Positions 1 through 15,400 of a DNA stretch of 64,000 nucleotides are shown here, one piece after another. The notes under the pieces are model-generated. The model ran no database searches and was not told where the DNA came from. It was given only the letters and a program-made list of their open reading frames with translations. Source of the stretch: Convolutriloba macropyga (taxonomy: Eukaryota); contig NC_134474.1 of NCBI RefSeq assembly GCF_964194025.1, positions 17,670,001 to 17,734,000 of the forward strand, in the 5' to 3' direction. Within the stretch, counting starts at the first letter, position 1, and each line of letters starts with the position of its first letter. The position numbers and the translations under genes were made by a program.

Positions 1-334
1 ACAACTCACTTCAATTTTTTGTTATCTGGTTGATCATACACGTTGGAGTTTTTTCGTTGACAGTCATCAATCATGCGACAAAGCCCTCTCACTCGATAAA
101 ACGCTTTCGAATCTTTTTTTCGTTTTTGAACCCCAGAACGTTAGATACTTCCCAGCTATGGAACACGTGCCAATAGTTAAAGAACTTAGTTTAATATTTG
201 CCCACAATTGTGAGAAATACTTTGCACATACTAAACGAGGTGGGAGGGTGGGCGAGGGGGGGGGGCTACAAAGGAAAAAAAGCCAGCTTTCAAAAATGAC
301 TTGGGTGAATTATGTCATTATTGTGTTTCTTCAG

Positions 335-485
335 AATCAGGGATATTCTGGACAGTCTGGTGAGAAGGATGCCTGTGGATAGCAGCAAAGACTACACATT
401 TGCAGCTCCCAATCTGGAAGTGGTGGTGAAAGTGGTGGATAAGGATCCACAAATCCTCAGTCAATCATCCGTCGCGCTTTCCATG
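335..485 (+). CDS. Probable aGPCR exon (GAIN region: IRDILDSLVRRMP...NLEVVVKVVD)
   Basis: tttcttcag acceptor at 333-334 and a GAIN-like helix plus strand. The donor position is uncertain (gtctgt at 486). Confidence 0.6.
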
Positions 486-3400
486 GTCTGTATCTCTCAC
501 TTGTCTCTGCTGTTAAATATCTCTAATTATTGAAACCTTTCATGTCTTTGTTCCCACAAAATCTAATAATGGCTTGAATTATGTTATGTAATGAAAAATG
601 AATTGTATGTCTTTCTCACCTTTATGAAATAAAATTTTCATTAAGACATGAAATTCTAGATTGCTGTTTCATAAACTGAGCTATGCTTATTTATTGGCTG
701 CTGTTTCCAATTTTTGAAATGGTGCTCCATTTTTCAGAGCTTTTAAACTTTTTCTTATACTACATATCTGAGCCTTGGCGCTTCTTAGGAGATTGGGTTG
801 AATCGTATCAATTAACGTTTTCGTATCAATCGTATCAAATTAACTTTTTTCGATGACTTGAAACACAAACTTTAGGGGGAAATTTTTTTTGGCAGAATAA
901 ATTTATTGGCAGAATTTTTTTGGCAGAACTAATGCATATTGATCGCTTATGGTTATCAGTTGTAGAGTTGTGGTTATCCATCTCTATAGTTCTTTTACTT
1001 CAGGTATCAATTTTTTTGAGTATTTAATTTATAAACAATTTATTGTAGCTGATATCAAAACTGTTATATTTTGTTTCGATGCTATTCATTAACAATCTTT
1101 TGACTACATTTGCACTCTTGTAAACAAAATACTATTTGGTTAAAATTGTGTTTCAGTTTATATCATTATTTTGTCAGAGAGTCTAATTGTCTAAAGTTGG
1201 TTTTCCGATTATTCAGTACAAAGTTAGATTGAAACACTAGTTGCTCTCAGACAAAGTTGATAGCGATTGTAGTCGCTCCTTTTTTGGTTAGATTGGTTTT
1301 TTCTGCAAAAATTTTGGTTAGATGGGTTCGACAAACTTTTTCTGCAAAAAATTTGGTTAGATAGATTAATTTTGTTGTCCTTGACTTCTTTAATCTTGCT
1401 CATTTAAATAGCTCTCATTCGATTTTGAGCAGCTAAACGCAACTGACTGCAATCGATTTTCCTGAGAGTTGAACAAAAAGTGCACCGAAACCGATTTTAA
1501 GTTTTCTTTTTAGTTTCGTTTCAGTTCACGAGATCCCTTGTGACCCTCCCTAAGCTAACTACAATGGAAAGCCCCGACGGCTTGCCGTAAATTCAGTTTG
1601 TTTGACGTTACGTTGTTATGATTTTCGGAGACAAGAATGAAGGCTGACTTTTATGGCGGCAAAGCGACTGTTGAAGCCTTTTTTTAATCTTCGAGATAAT
1701 TTTAAGATTATGTTTCTAAATCGGAGCATCGAATTTTGTTAAGATTGGACCACCCGTTTGTGAAAATTTTAGTCTTAAAACTTAATCAGAAGTTACTTTC
1801 GTTTGATGATTTTAGTCAAAAAGGGGCAGTAAATGGTACAATAAGGAGAGTGCTTATATCATTATTTTCAATTCAAATTTCTTGTAAAGCATAGTGGATT
1901 TTTTTCTTTTGCATAGTTTGACTTCTGTTTTTGATTTTCTTTGTTGTTGTTAGTGGTTTTAGTGGTTTTCAAATTCCATTCTTAGAATGCTCAATTGAAC
2001 TATAATTTCCCATTTTCTCATCAGTTTATTTGAACTGATTCGAATGAAATTTGAAGGCCAACAGAGGACAACAAAATGGTCATACTTCAGGCACCATTTC
2101 TCGCAAGACATTGATATTCTCAAAATTTGATTTGAACTTAAGGTTGAAAGTTTAGGTCGATTCAAAATATTGAGTTTGAACTGGTCAGGCAGCCTGGTGG
2201 CTGTACATAAGAAAACTCTAATTTTAATAATAGAACAGAAGTTTGTAATTGCTACCAAGTAGTATGTTCTCTTCTGTCTTTTCATTGGGTTATCACAGTC
2301 TTTTCTTTGAAAGTTTTGTGTTTGGAAAGTGAAGAGAATTGTTTTCGCTAGTGAACATAATTTTGGATCATAAAAATGATCAACTGATTTAAAAACTGAT
2401 CAATGGATGAAAGTAATGTGGCATTGGTTCAATACTAATCTAATTATATAAAATTGCTTTCAAGTATAATTGCAAAAAGAAATTTCTGGCAATATATTTT
2501 CAAGCGTTTATTGCTTTTTAAACGAGTCTTTAGGTCGATTTATGTTCTATTATTTGTCAGATTCTTTTTTGTCCTTTTGAGGTTTCCATCGTCAGCTGTC
2601 TAGGTTACGATTTTTCTGATGCAGTTTTAAATTTTACATCAAACACGCGTTCATCTCCAATTTTTTGTGGGCCGAAAAAAAAGACAATCAGTAAAGTTCG
2701 ATTGAATAATCGGAATCTGTATATTGTGAACATGTTTATACTGCGGTATATTAACTTAGCGCGCCGTTACATTGTACCTTGTTGATGTAGCTTTTCCACT
2801 TTTAATGTTCCAAACTCAAGATTATCCAAATTATTTTGGTCAAGAAATTTTGCGATTGATTCTGAGCGACTTCCAATTTTGCAGTTGTTTCCTGAAATCA
2901 GGTTGCTTACAAATTTGATTTAAAACGGTATTTCCAACCTGGGAACATTCAAATTGTTTTGTGATTTAGATAACACTTCTCCTGAGTTTGTCGAAAACAA
3001 AACAAAGTGATGCCTATACCATATCTTTTTGGGTTTTTTATGACTGTCATTTATAGTTTTGTTATGAACTTGACCAATTGTTTTTATTGCTCCAATTGTG
3101 TTTTTATAGCGATTCTTTTTGCATGACTGATTTGTTGTCTGAACCTTTTAATTTTTTGCCCTCAAAAACGGGATAAACAGGTAAAGCCCAGAGGGCATTA
3201 AGTGACTGAGGTGTTCTCGTAGAGCCTTCCGGCTTACTATTATCTACTCGATTAAGCAAAACTGCTTTGAGGAGGCAATTTCATGGTGTGAAGGGTGGTT
3301 CTTAATCTGAAACGTTTGACCCCCCCCCCCCCCCCCCCCATCCAAACACTCCGTCCACTCTTCTCCACCTGGTGATTTGGACATTGGACTCTGCTCTCGT

Positions 3401-6400
3401 CCAGCTCTCCCATTGTTAGTCGGTTATGTTCATTATTTGTATTCTTTGCTTATTGAACGGGCTGGATATTCTTCTGAGTTTCAGTTTTGCTCAATTTTCG
3501 TGACGCTAAAATCTTCTTGAGATATTTTAAGCTTCGTTTTTTTTCTACCTGTTTTGTTCACATCTTTTTTCTTAGTAAAACCTGACAAATGAAAGTGGAC
3601 TTAGCATCTAAGAATACACTTAACAGTTCTTAGATTAATTAAATAATAATATAGTTACAATTTATTATCACTTTCTGCTATTGGGTACCAGTATTTGTTC
3701 CGACCCCTCTTGAGGGGGGAGGAATTATATACTCAACTGGGGTTTTTTGTTCAGACAATTTTGACTGATCGATATATTCATCGTACAGAGTTATGAGTCA
3801 TTAAAAAGCTTGTCCAGCGTAGAATTTGAAATTAAAAAGATTTTTCGTGGTTTAAATTTTTGTGAAAATTAGAGCTATTTGGTTTATTTTTATTCGAATT
3901 TTCAGGAATTTTTGCTTTATTTTAGTCAATTCTCCCAAAATATGTAAAAAATACCAGCAACATCACTGTTGGTTTTAGTTTTAAAGAGAAAAAAGGACTA
4001 TTGACAATTTTGATTTTATGTTTTTGGCTAAAAATTTGGCTGAAAATTTCAAAATTCAGCCTTTGTCATCCAAAATTGCCCGAAATAAGCTCCTTTAATC
4101 TACTTTGATTAAATTTGCCGGAAGTACACACCCAAAAACAACTAACATAATCTTTTTAAACTACGCTAGTCTTACATCCTTTTCCATTGAGACTATTCTG
4201 GAATTAAAGTTTTGCCGTTTTTTGCTAACTTTACTCTATGATTATCGAAAACGCAGTGTTTATTTATGAGCTTTTAACTAACAAGTTATCTAGATCTATA
4301 ATATTCACTACAATTGAGTGTTCATAATGGACGGACAGCATTAGCAGGGCTGGTTTTGGTCCAATCTTGGACAGTTACAATCCAAAAATAATTACGAGTG
4401 TAATTAGTTGGTCTTTTTTAAAAAAAATCGATAATTTTTATAATTAAAGACAGAACAATTCTTAAAGCTCAGTTTTGATAAGTCCTATTGGCTTCATCAG
4501 CAGTTGCAAATTAATGTATCTAGTTTCTTTACTCGAAAGATTTTGTTCGTTTGACTTTTAAAAATGGTTGATTTTTAAGCAAACAATGGCTTATTGAACT
4601 TTGCCACTCTTTTTCTCATAATTTGGCCAACTTGTAGCTTAGTGTCAGTAAAGAAGGACTGCTTTTTCTTCCCCTTCTTTCTAATTAAATAAAATTTGAT
4701 CTCGTCTGCTTGTTAAGTTATGGTTTTTGCCTTTGATACTACTAGATTTCACATTTTTCTTTATTTTTAGGCATTGGCCAATTTTCCACGTTTTTTCTCG
4801 TTTTGTCACATTATTGAATGATCACATATTACTTTAATGGCCTTCAATGTGCTGCTTCATTGAACATATAAAAGTCTTTAAAGGCTCGGATTATGGCTTT
4901 TACGGCTTCGACACCCCTTTCTTGAATAATTTAATTGAATTTTTTACAACTGCCTTTAATTTTCGTTTTTACTTTGTGTTTTCAGTCGTATAAAATCTTC
5001 TGAAACTTGACAGGTCGCATTGGTTTTTTATGGAACAATAAATGAGCCTATATTCTGATTTGAATAGATCGCTTTCATGACTTTGAAATCAATGGTTTTC
5101 AAAAATGAAAACAAAACATTTTTTACTTTTTCTTCTTTGTCTACTTGTTACCTAGCCCCGTTAATTACAGGTCACATATGACACTATTGTCGTCGAGGGA
5201 AGGTGCAAATTTATAAAATCTAATGTTTTTAAAGATGTTGTTATGAATTTACTGGCTTCGACACAGGTTTTTCGCAAAAAAAATAAACTAATTTTTGTCT
5301 AAATTTGACGTCATAATGGCTGATCTCATCAATCTAAGGTGGCATTTTTAATTCCACTGAGTTATCTGCGTTGGAGGCAATCTTTTTGTTCATGCACCTT
5401 TTTTGAAAAATACTTAATTTTTGGGGGTTTTCTATCTGATCTTTATTTGGTAGACATTCATGCCAAAAAGGCAGTTGAGCGGGGTCGGAAACGCACATTA
5501 CTGAGTCTCTTTGTACGCTATATTGTTCTTTCAAATTCTTGGCAACATATTCCAAGATTTTCAATAGTTGTATCTTTATCAAGGTGTATCAAGTATTGGT
5601 TCACTGGGATTTCTGTCTGTAAATGTGGGGATCTGTTCCGTGAGAGCAATTAATCAATTATACTTCATATTTTTAGCGCAATCTCTCAATGGTTCTGCCT
5701 GGCAAACTGTTCATCAGCAACAAAACACCCAACAAAGTCAGGCTGATGGTGATCAACTTCAGAACCAACTCTCTCTTCGTCTCTCCTTTCCAAACATCAC
5801 TTCTACCGTCATCCAACTCAAACTTCGATCACCAACTTTATTCCAACTACGGACCCAACCTCTACTCCTCATCCGGGAGGTTCTACGATGATCAGCGCGG
5901 ATCGGCCAATCAGAACACTGTGTTTGGCAACAGCCAACCAGAAGCGCCCGTTGTTAGTATCAGTGTAGAGAATGGTGCCAATGACTTTGGACGGCCTCGG
6001 TATGGAAATATGGACGAGATGCCGGTTCTGTTTTCGTTCCTGGCTGCTATCAACTCAGTTAGTATCGTTTTATTCATCTATGCCCAATTAATTCGGGAAT
6101 TTTTATCATGTAAGTCTGTACAATTTTCCTACGATGTTGTGTTATGAGATATCTGTCGGAGGATCTTATAAGACAGCATATCATGTCTTGTTATCAGGTC
6201 TGATAAGACAATAATTGAAAGTGATACGATAAAACTTCCCTTAGCTGATCTTACACGGTTAAAAAAAACTCATCTTGCAAATGCGATTACAGTTCCAGAA
6301 TCACTGGGGCAATATCATAAAAGAATTGGAACAATTTTTGAACATAAACGATTTTTAAATGTGTATAATTATATAACCCACCCACATCGAGATATTTCAA

Positions 6401-9400
6401 ATATGGTTTCGCTAAAAACAAAAAATTTTGGAATCTGAAAAAAAAACAGTATCGCAAAATAAGACCTTGCGGACATTTGCACTTCAAATTGTTCATTAAG
6501 ATGTTCATTTACTTTTTTGTTTCAGTCAATGACCCCAAGATGTGTGTACTGGAAAGATAACGGTAAGATATTGTTTATTGCTCTAATTTATTCAGGTTAA
6601 TTTATCCAAACAAATCCATTAAGCGACTACCCATATTTTACCCTCTAAATTGTTGATTTTCCTTATCTCTTATTGTTGTCTACCGAGCCTTCGTAGAGGC
6701 TAGATGCAATAAGTCATAAGATAAGGGATGCTCTTATTCTCCAATAGCTCTTGCAAAGAGATATCTGCAAAGGGGGATTTGTAATGATCAGAACTTGGAA
6801 CTAAAACCGAAAGTGCAGTCCAAATTGATGTTTTGTGTTTACGCAGTCGATTATGGAACCATATTTCTTTAGGACATTCGTTAGGACACAATCTTCAGGT
6901 CCGGCATTGCCATTTAGCTTTTTAGTAAGAGAAATGGGATAATTTATGAAAGCTTGAGGGAATTAAGTTTGTACAGTTCTCTAGAGCTCTTCTTCATGTT
7001 TTGAAGGGTAAATTTGTCCGACGCCTTTTTTAGTGTCCTCACCCAATGTGGTTATATAACTTTTTTTACGCTTAAGATAAGCACAACCAAAAAACACAAC
7101 TCAGAGAATTTCATTCGAAGTTAGTTTAATTCTGCGCAATGAATGGGTAATTCATCTTAATCTCCGACAGCAATTTAGTATTTGTTTTGAAGATAAAAAT
7201 AACAAGGAGGGTCGGTATTGTGCATTCGCACATAAAGTTCCGACCACGCTCGTCGAATTTTTGGCATAAATATTTATCAAATGAGGAACAGATAAAACAA
7301 CCCAAAAACTAAAGGATTTTTCAAAAAAAATGGTGTGTGGACAAGAAGATTGCCTCCAACGCAAATAATCCGGTGTAAAAAAAACGCCGCATTAGATTGA
7401 TGCGTTTTGCCACTATTAAGAAAGCAAGGCTAGACGAAATACAAAATAAAAAAAACAACTAACATTAATTGCATCAAAAACTTTAAGTCCATTTAAAAAA
7501 AACTTATTAACAAAGTCAAGATAGCGTCAGATAAAACTGAAACTAAATAAAATAACTTGTATTTATTTGAAAAGATATGGGTCCGGTCCATAATAAGGCT
7601 TGGTAACAATTGGACAAAACAAAATCAGCAAAATGAAAAAAATCAGTTATATTTTTTTTAAAAACAATTAAGTTCAAATGTTATGCAAACCATTATATAT
7701 CAACTGACAACATCTAAATGTTTTACAATAAACTACGCCTCTGAGGTTTTTATAGAAGGGCTTTAAGACCTGTCACTGTTCAATTTTTTATGGTGTTACA
7801 AAAAGAGCAACAAATAGAGACAACAAACAAAAATTCAAATAAAAGTTGCGAGAAAAAGTTGTTTAAGCCGTAAGGTTAAGCCTCTAAAAATGTCTGGTTG
7901 CGCCTTTTTTCATAGACACGAAAATGGGGTATGTGGCCAATCATTAATGAGACCAGGTAAAAAGTAGAAAAAAAAGGTAAAGAGGAAAAATTAAGAAATA
8001 CCTTTGTATTTTTTGAAAAAAATTATTTTCAAAGTCATGAATGCAAATGAAATAATTAAATAGGTACATTTATTCATCCAAAGGAATTGCTTTAGAACTG
8101 AATTTTTCAGAAAATGTTCTTCGTCTACAAACAGATCGTAAAATATAGACAAAAATGAAAAATTAGTTTACTTTTTTTGCGAAAAACACGTGTCAAAGCC
8201 AATAAATTCATAACGGATTATTATAAAAACCATTAGACTTTGTACACTTACACCTTGTGATAACTATATTGTCATATATGACCTGTAATTAACGAGACTA
8301 GGCAACAAATAAAACAAAAAAGAACAAAAATGCGAAGTTGAAGTGATTTTTTTGCAATTTTTGAAAACAATTTTCAAAAAAAAGAAAGCCATCAGCTATC
8401 ATTTAAACTCAGAACATAGGCTCATTCATTCCTCCAAATTAAACCAATGAGACTTGTCATTATCCAGGAAATCTCATGCGACTAAAAAGTCAAAGTGAAA
8501 ACATAAGTTAAAGACAAATGAAAAAAAAATTCCTCGAAAGGGGTGTCGATGCCGTTAAAACATTAATTTACGCCTCTAAAGATTTTAATAGGTTCTATTG
8601 TTCTTTATTTTCAACGCCAATAATGAAATATGTGAACTGTTTTTAATAAGATGATGGGATTAAACGAGAAAAAAGAGAAAAATGAGCTTACGGCTAAAAG
8701 TCAAAAATAAATTGTTAAATCTAGTAGCATCAAAGCAAGAAAACCACAACTTTACGTATTAAACCGCAGAAAAGATTACATTTTAATCAAATAGAAGAAA
8801 GAGCAAAAAGAAACATTCTTTCTTTGCTGACACTAAGCTACAAGTTGACCAATTTAATTAAAAACGGTGGCAAAGTTCAATAAACCATTGTTTATTTAAA
8901 AATCAAACATTTTTAAAATTGAAAACGACCTTAATTGTTCGGGTGAAGAAAATAGATACATTAATTTGGAACTGCTCAGGAAGCCACTTGAACCTATCAA
9001 CAGTGAGCTTTGATTTGAAAGTTCTGTTCTTTAATTAACAAAGAAAAGATCGAATGTTTTCTTTGAAATAAGACCGACTGACTACAATTCGAATTATTTT
9101 TGGATTGTAACAGTGCAAGATTGTACCTAACCATCCATTCTATTGCTGTTTGTTGATTAAAAACACTCAACTAATTCGAATGTTATAGATCTATATAATG
9201 TATTAGTTTGAATATCGAAAATAAATGCTGCGTTTTCGGTAATCATAGAGTAAAGTTAGCAAAAAACGGCAATTGACTTCCAGAAAACTCTCAACGGATG
9301 TGGAGGTATCCCTATCTCCCATTATAGTCTAAGAAGATTGAGTAAGTTGTTTTTGGGTTTTTGTATATCCTGTAAATTTAATCAAAGTGGACTACAGTAG

Positions 9401-12400
9401 CTTATTTCGGGAAATTTTTGATGAAAAAGGCTGAATTTTGAAATATTGAAAAAGGCTAGACAGGTTTTTTTAATGATACCTTTCACAACTCTACGATGAA
9501 CATATCGATCGGTCAAAATTGTCCATTTGCGTATATAGTTCCTCCCCCAGCAAGAGGGTTGGAACAATTAATAGATAAATTTGAAGATTTTAATCAGTCT
9601 TTTAATCGGTTCACTTAGATTAATTTTAGCATTTTTGAATGTGTTTGAATTCTGAATATAGGATTAGGTTTTTGTAGTAATGATGAGAATTGAAAAAGAA
9701 ACGGAAGAAAACAAATTTTACCTGATGAAATTGGTCATCTGTTGATAGGAGATTTTTTTCCTGATTAAATCAGCATAATTTTGAATTGACATGACAAAAC
9801 AAAGAATATCAGAGGTAACTTGTCATGTACTTGCGTTTGTCATGGACTTTAAAACATTGAAAATTTTTTATTATTTAAATCCACGTTAGTGTGGAGGAAG
9901 AATATACTCAAATGAGCTTTTTTGTTCAGTAAAGGTTCGCCTATCGATGTATTCATTGTAGGGAGTTGTTTGAGGCATCATTAAAAAGCGCGTTCATCGT
10001 ACAACAATTTATCTGAAAGTATTTACTTAATTTTCGTTTTTTTTTCACTGAGTTATCAAGGTTTAATTTTTTTTACATTTGACTTACTTTCGTTGTATTT
10101 GTATTTCCGTATTTGTACGCTTTTTTTGTCAATTTTGCTGAAAAATAAGTTACAATTGTAAAAACAATTTGTGAACGATAGCATTGTTGGCTTTACTCTA
10201 AAGATAGAAAACTGTTGTTGAACTTGTTGATCTAATTTTTTGGCTATTGTTTTTGCCATGTTTTTTGGAATTCAGCCTCTTTTCATCAAAAAAGCGCTAA
10301 TTAAGCTTCTTTGGTTAGTTAACTTTGTTCAAATTGCCTCTATAACATATCTGAAACCTGCTGACACAATCTTTGTTTACTCCAAAGAGGGCTATTTTTA
10401 CTTGCGCTTGCTTTGTGAAACAGAATTTTGCCGGTTTTTCGCTATCATAACTCAATAATTATCCAATTTTTTTAAAAAATTATTTTTCATATATTGACAT
10501 TTTGTGAAACTATCAATATCCATTTTATGCGAAACACTTTTGTTGGAGGAACATAAAAAACAGAAATGCTTTTTTAAGTCTAATTTCTGGTTTTTACAGC
10601 CTAAAAACAATTCAGATTGAAATCAGTCGCTGTCTTCTTTTAGAAATACTTGTTATTTTTGCTTTATTGCTTTTTATAAAAAATAAATACGTAACAAGAC
10701 AAATCCAGTACAATTAAGGTTTATGAATTGCAGGTGCATTAGTTTTTTTCGGGAAAGCCCGAGAAAACCTAATTTTTTTGTTCGGAAGCTTATGGTCGAA
10801 AGCTTAGTTGAATTTAAAAAAAACGTTTTTTTTTTCAAAAAAATGATTATTGAACTTTGCCATTTCTTTCTCTTGTCAAATTTGAGCTTAAGATTGGCAT
10901 AGGCATAATAATTGAGGTTTTGCGTTTCAAAAAAGGTTTCGGTTTCAATACTGAGAGTTTTCGCAGCAATTTTTTGTTGTTCAGGCTCTTCCTTTGGTCT
11001 TCTCAAAATATCGAACGGTCAGATGACCTTTTTGTGGCGTTTAAAAAAAGGGATTAATTGAACAAGGCGCAGAATTTAAGTTTTTTGTTTTTGAATTTAT
11101 TTGTCGTTGTTTTGTAGTGATATATAAAAATTCTGGCCAATAGCCAGAATTTTTATATCTGGTAATAACGGCGTCCTACGTTTGAATAAAAGAACCCATT
11201 AAGTGATTTCAATTGATAGCTAAAATTTTTCATATTTTTGAAGTTATATGTTTTGAAAAACATATAGACGTAGTGTTTAATTTTTGCACTTTGTTCTTTT
11301 TGTCGCTCTGAACCTAGTAACAGTAATAACCGTACGCAAGTCACACTAGTTGTGATGAAATAAAAGGTCCATTAAGCATATGTAATGTTTTTAGTGCATT
11401 GTTTATTGGTTTAGCGGCTTCGACACCGATTTTAATCGAAATTTCAATTTTTTGACTTCTTCCTGTATTTGTTCTTCGTATGACATATTCTGAATAATGA
11501 GAGATCTGAATGGCATTTTTTAGATAAAAATGCCGACTTTTCATTTGCTGGCTTTTTTAGTTGCACTTTTTTCTATGACTTGAGATCAATTGTTTTGGAA
11601 AGATGTAAATTTTAATTTTGCGCCCTCTATTCTTTTTTTCTACTTGCTACCTAGTCCTATTGTCAAGAGGTCAAATATCACATTATGGATGTTCAAAGAA
11701 GGCACAGTGGAATTCAACTTATTTTTTACGCAATAGATTATGATTTTTACGGCTTCGAAACCGTTTTCTCGCAAAAATTAATTGAATTTTTGTTTTTTGT
11801 TGATGTTTGTTGCTGTAGACGTTAGAAATATTATGGATAATGGCAGGCTGCAGTGTCTCCATATGGATTTATGAGTGAACAAGTAGTTGAAAATCTGAGT
11901 GGATATTTAATGGTTTTTGTTATTTGAAATGATTTGTTTTCTTTATTTGAATTATAAACGTATTTTTCAACTTTGCGTTTTGTTCGTTTTTGTCTACCTG
12001 TTACCAAATACCAGTCCCGTGTTTTTTCTAGTCTAGTGAAATACACATTATTTGGTTTAGTTTTGCTTTTATTTGACGCTATTTTAACTTTGTTTTTAAT
12101 TCTCTTTTAAAAAATGATTTTTGGATGTAATTAAAGTTTGTTGTTGTTAATGTTTGATTTTGCTGCTTGTCTTGTCCGCAATCATAAAAATGGAAGTTCT
12201 TATTGGTAATTTTATGTAGCATTTTTTCTTTGCTAAGTTGCTTGAGTTTGAAGCAATTTTTAATGCAATCATCATTAATTTTTGAACAATATTTGATTTT
12301 TTGAAAGTTTTCTACCTCTGTCCGATTTGATAGACAATTCAGCCAAAAATATGGACGAGCGGGATTGGAAAATTATGTGCAAACGCACTTTACCGAGCTT

Positions 12401-15400
12401 CCTCTTTTCTGTATATTTTTTTGTACTAAAAGATGAGGACCTTTTCCTTGTTGCAGAAAATAATTTCACCATTTATTTTTCATTTTGAGAAAATAGCCTC
12501 TGGCTTATGCTTCTTGCTTTACTTCAATTTGCAATTTTTTATAATAGGAGAGCGTTGAAGTTACTTGCATTCCATACTCCTTGAAAACTCTTTCAACTTT
12601 TAACGATCATGGCTATACTACAAAGTTAAGAATTCTTGTTTTAATTTCAGGAGGCATTTTGATTTTTTTGTGCTTGCTATCTGGCGAGTGGCCACCTGAA
12701 GTGCTTACTTTACATCTCTTTCTGCCGGAAATGCCAGCTATCATTCTTGATTTTCGAATACCATTTTTGCAGATCTAACCATAAGCTTTATTTGCAGTTT
12801 GAACTATTATTTCCAGATTAATTTTTGCTCAGATGACAGAATATCTATACCGAAAGCTTTGAATTTGTACATTACAAGCGTTTACGGGTATTGCATGATT
12901 TTTATGTCTCTCATCTTTCAAGCCGCTTTCTATTTTTGCGAGATTTTTTAAAAATGGAATATACGTACTTAAACTTTTATTTGCGGTTTGTAAGTCGCAG
13001 TCACTTTCTTTGAAAGTAGGTTTGTTCCGCTACCGGACGCTTGTAATGTAGCTTTAATTACACGTAATGGTCGTCAGAGAGTCGTGTCAAAACTTAGTGT
13101 TCCAAATCAAATAGCAAATACGTGCATGAAATAACTTCAAATAACCTTCAGTTTTTTTTTCAGTTCATTCCTTTTGACTACGTCAGAACATTGTCAGAAT
13201 AACCTTCCGAAAATAGCTTGTCATTTTTATTTCGCCATTTTATTGTCAAATTGTCGCCAAGGGGAACGTTGCATAAATTTTTACACTATAGCTAAACTAC
13301 ACACCAAGTTGTGCGCAGTTGTTCATGCTTCATCACTGTATAAAAACAGCTGCTATAAATCATTCATCAATCATTTCTATCAAATAATTGCGTCCTAAAA
13401 ACGCTTCGCCAGTTTTAACAAAATCGCCGTCTAAGAGCCTTGTTCTCAAAATCAATAAAATCGCGTCTGAAAAGACAAAAAAGCGCTCTCGTAATTGTCA
13501 GTTATCTACGCAAGCAACGTAAACCTTTCTTTATTGCATTTTACTGCTGCAATAATCGCAAATTTGTATCGTAATTGACAAATCTAAGTGTTCTTACGTT
13601 TTACGATCAGCCATTTTCGTATTTTCTTTTCTACTTGTCATTTGGTTTTTATTATATCCAGACCTTTTTTTAAAAAAATAACGAATAACAACTTTCGCAC
13701 CTGACAAAAAATTGGAACTGTTTCATTCTATTAGAAAACAGATGGTTAGTAATGGTTGTCAATTTTTTTTTCAATATTTTGCTAATATTTGTCCTCAAAC
13801 TATTAAGTAGCTATGAATTGAGATTGAGTTGTGGAATTCAATTAGGAGTTGTCCTTTTTGTCATCCTAATAGTTTTCATTGCTGCACGTTTTATTGCACA
13901 CCTGAAAATTAATTAACCGTATTTCTCGAAAACGTAGCCGTTTCTATTCTTCGCTACGACTGAAATGGGTCCAACCAAAATGCTGCGATTCGAATTTTGA
14001 AGTTTTTGAGGTCAGTTTTGTGCAACATTTCTCGAAAATCTACTACCAAAAAATTCGGGAATTTTTTTAACTACACAACTAGAAAACATTAACTAGTCTG
14101 TACTAACATCTTATAAAATCATTTATATTAAATCATCATTTCTTTCATATTGAAACGTATGTTACTCTGCAATGCTTGCTTTGCTTGACAATATGCAGTT
14201 GTTTGAGGTCAAGTTGGCAACCGATGATCGTTTAAAAATAAATAACAGTTGTTTCTGTGGCGCTTGAACGTCTCGGAAAACATTTGAGAAATCTATCAGA
14301 TCTTTTAACTGAAAACTTCAAAATTTTTCCATTTTAATATTGAATAATGTTGAACTGGCCTGAATGTTGTTGCTGAGAAGCGACCTAAAGTTCTTATTAC
14401 TGGCAGTTTATTGAGTAAAATAATCAGTATCCTGACCCTATCCCGGGCCGTCCAAGTACGATAGTAGTTACAGCAAAATTACAAAGATGAAAAATTTACT
14501 TTCTGTGTATCAATGGCAAGGGCTTTCATTGACGTCTACAGGTTTGTTGAATTGACCTAGTAATATTCGATTATGGATTTTTTATTTTGTTTTGTATCTG
14601 TATTTAATTGTGAAATAAGCGTAATGGTGTGTTTTTCATATTTTGTTTTACCTCAACTTGCTAACCCAATTGATTCGACGCGTGTAAGTATTTCACTGGG
14701 ATAAATATTTGAAACCAATGGAGAAACAAAATAAAAGTTAGAGGCTTCATCGAGAATGCAATGCTTCATTCATGACTCAAGTCAATCTAGGAAACTTACG
14801 AAGAATGGAGAGATGACGTTCTATATACCTATTATGTTGCTCTTTTGGCAATTTTGTGACCGTTAGAGTCTAAAGCAAGTACAATAAATTTGTTTTTTTA
14901 GCATTTTGCTCGAAATTCCCTTGAAATACTAATTCACGCGTTTTCAATCAAACTTAATACGATAAATTACTCTCGCCAAAAGTTAGTGCTGGATTTTGAC
15001 AGCATTTTGCCATATTTTAAATTGCTTTCAAGAGAAGTTTGGTCTTTTCCATTATAGCCTTACGCCACAATCATTTAGCGCCTAAAATGGTTTGTTCACA
15101 TTGATTGTGGGGTAGGGGCTATGCGTTATATGACCCTTAAGTTGTGTTACCTTAATGGGAAAACCAAATATCGTAGGAATTAGACAAGCCCTCATTAATT
15201 GCTCTCAAACAAAGTTTGTATCAATTATGTCACACCTTTGGTCTTTTTATACAAAATTTTGCTTGACCGGTTTCATGTCTGACCTTTTTGATTTTTTTTC
15301 CTCGAAATGGGATAAACAGGTAAAGCCCGGAGGGCATTAATTCTCTAGGACTTCTTCCGTTTGTTCCGCTCCAGTACGTCTTGCATCCCAGTTACATTTC

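Noticed and set aside
5584-5640. Possible extra small aGPCR exon (GVSSIGSLGFLS...)
   Set aside because: Phase and donor are ambiguous, and the 335-485 exon can join 5677 directly in phase 0. cDNA is needed.
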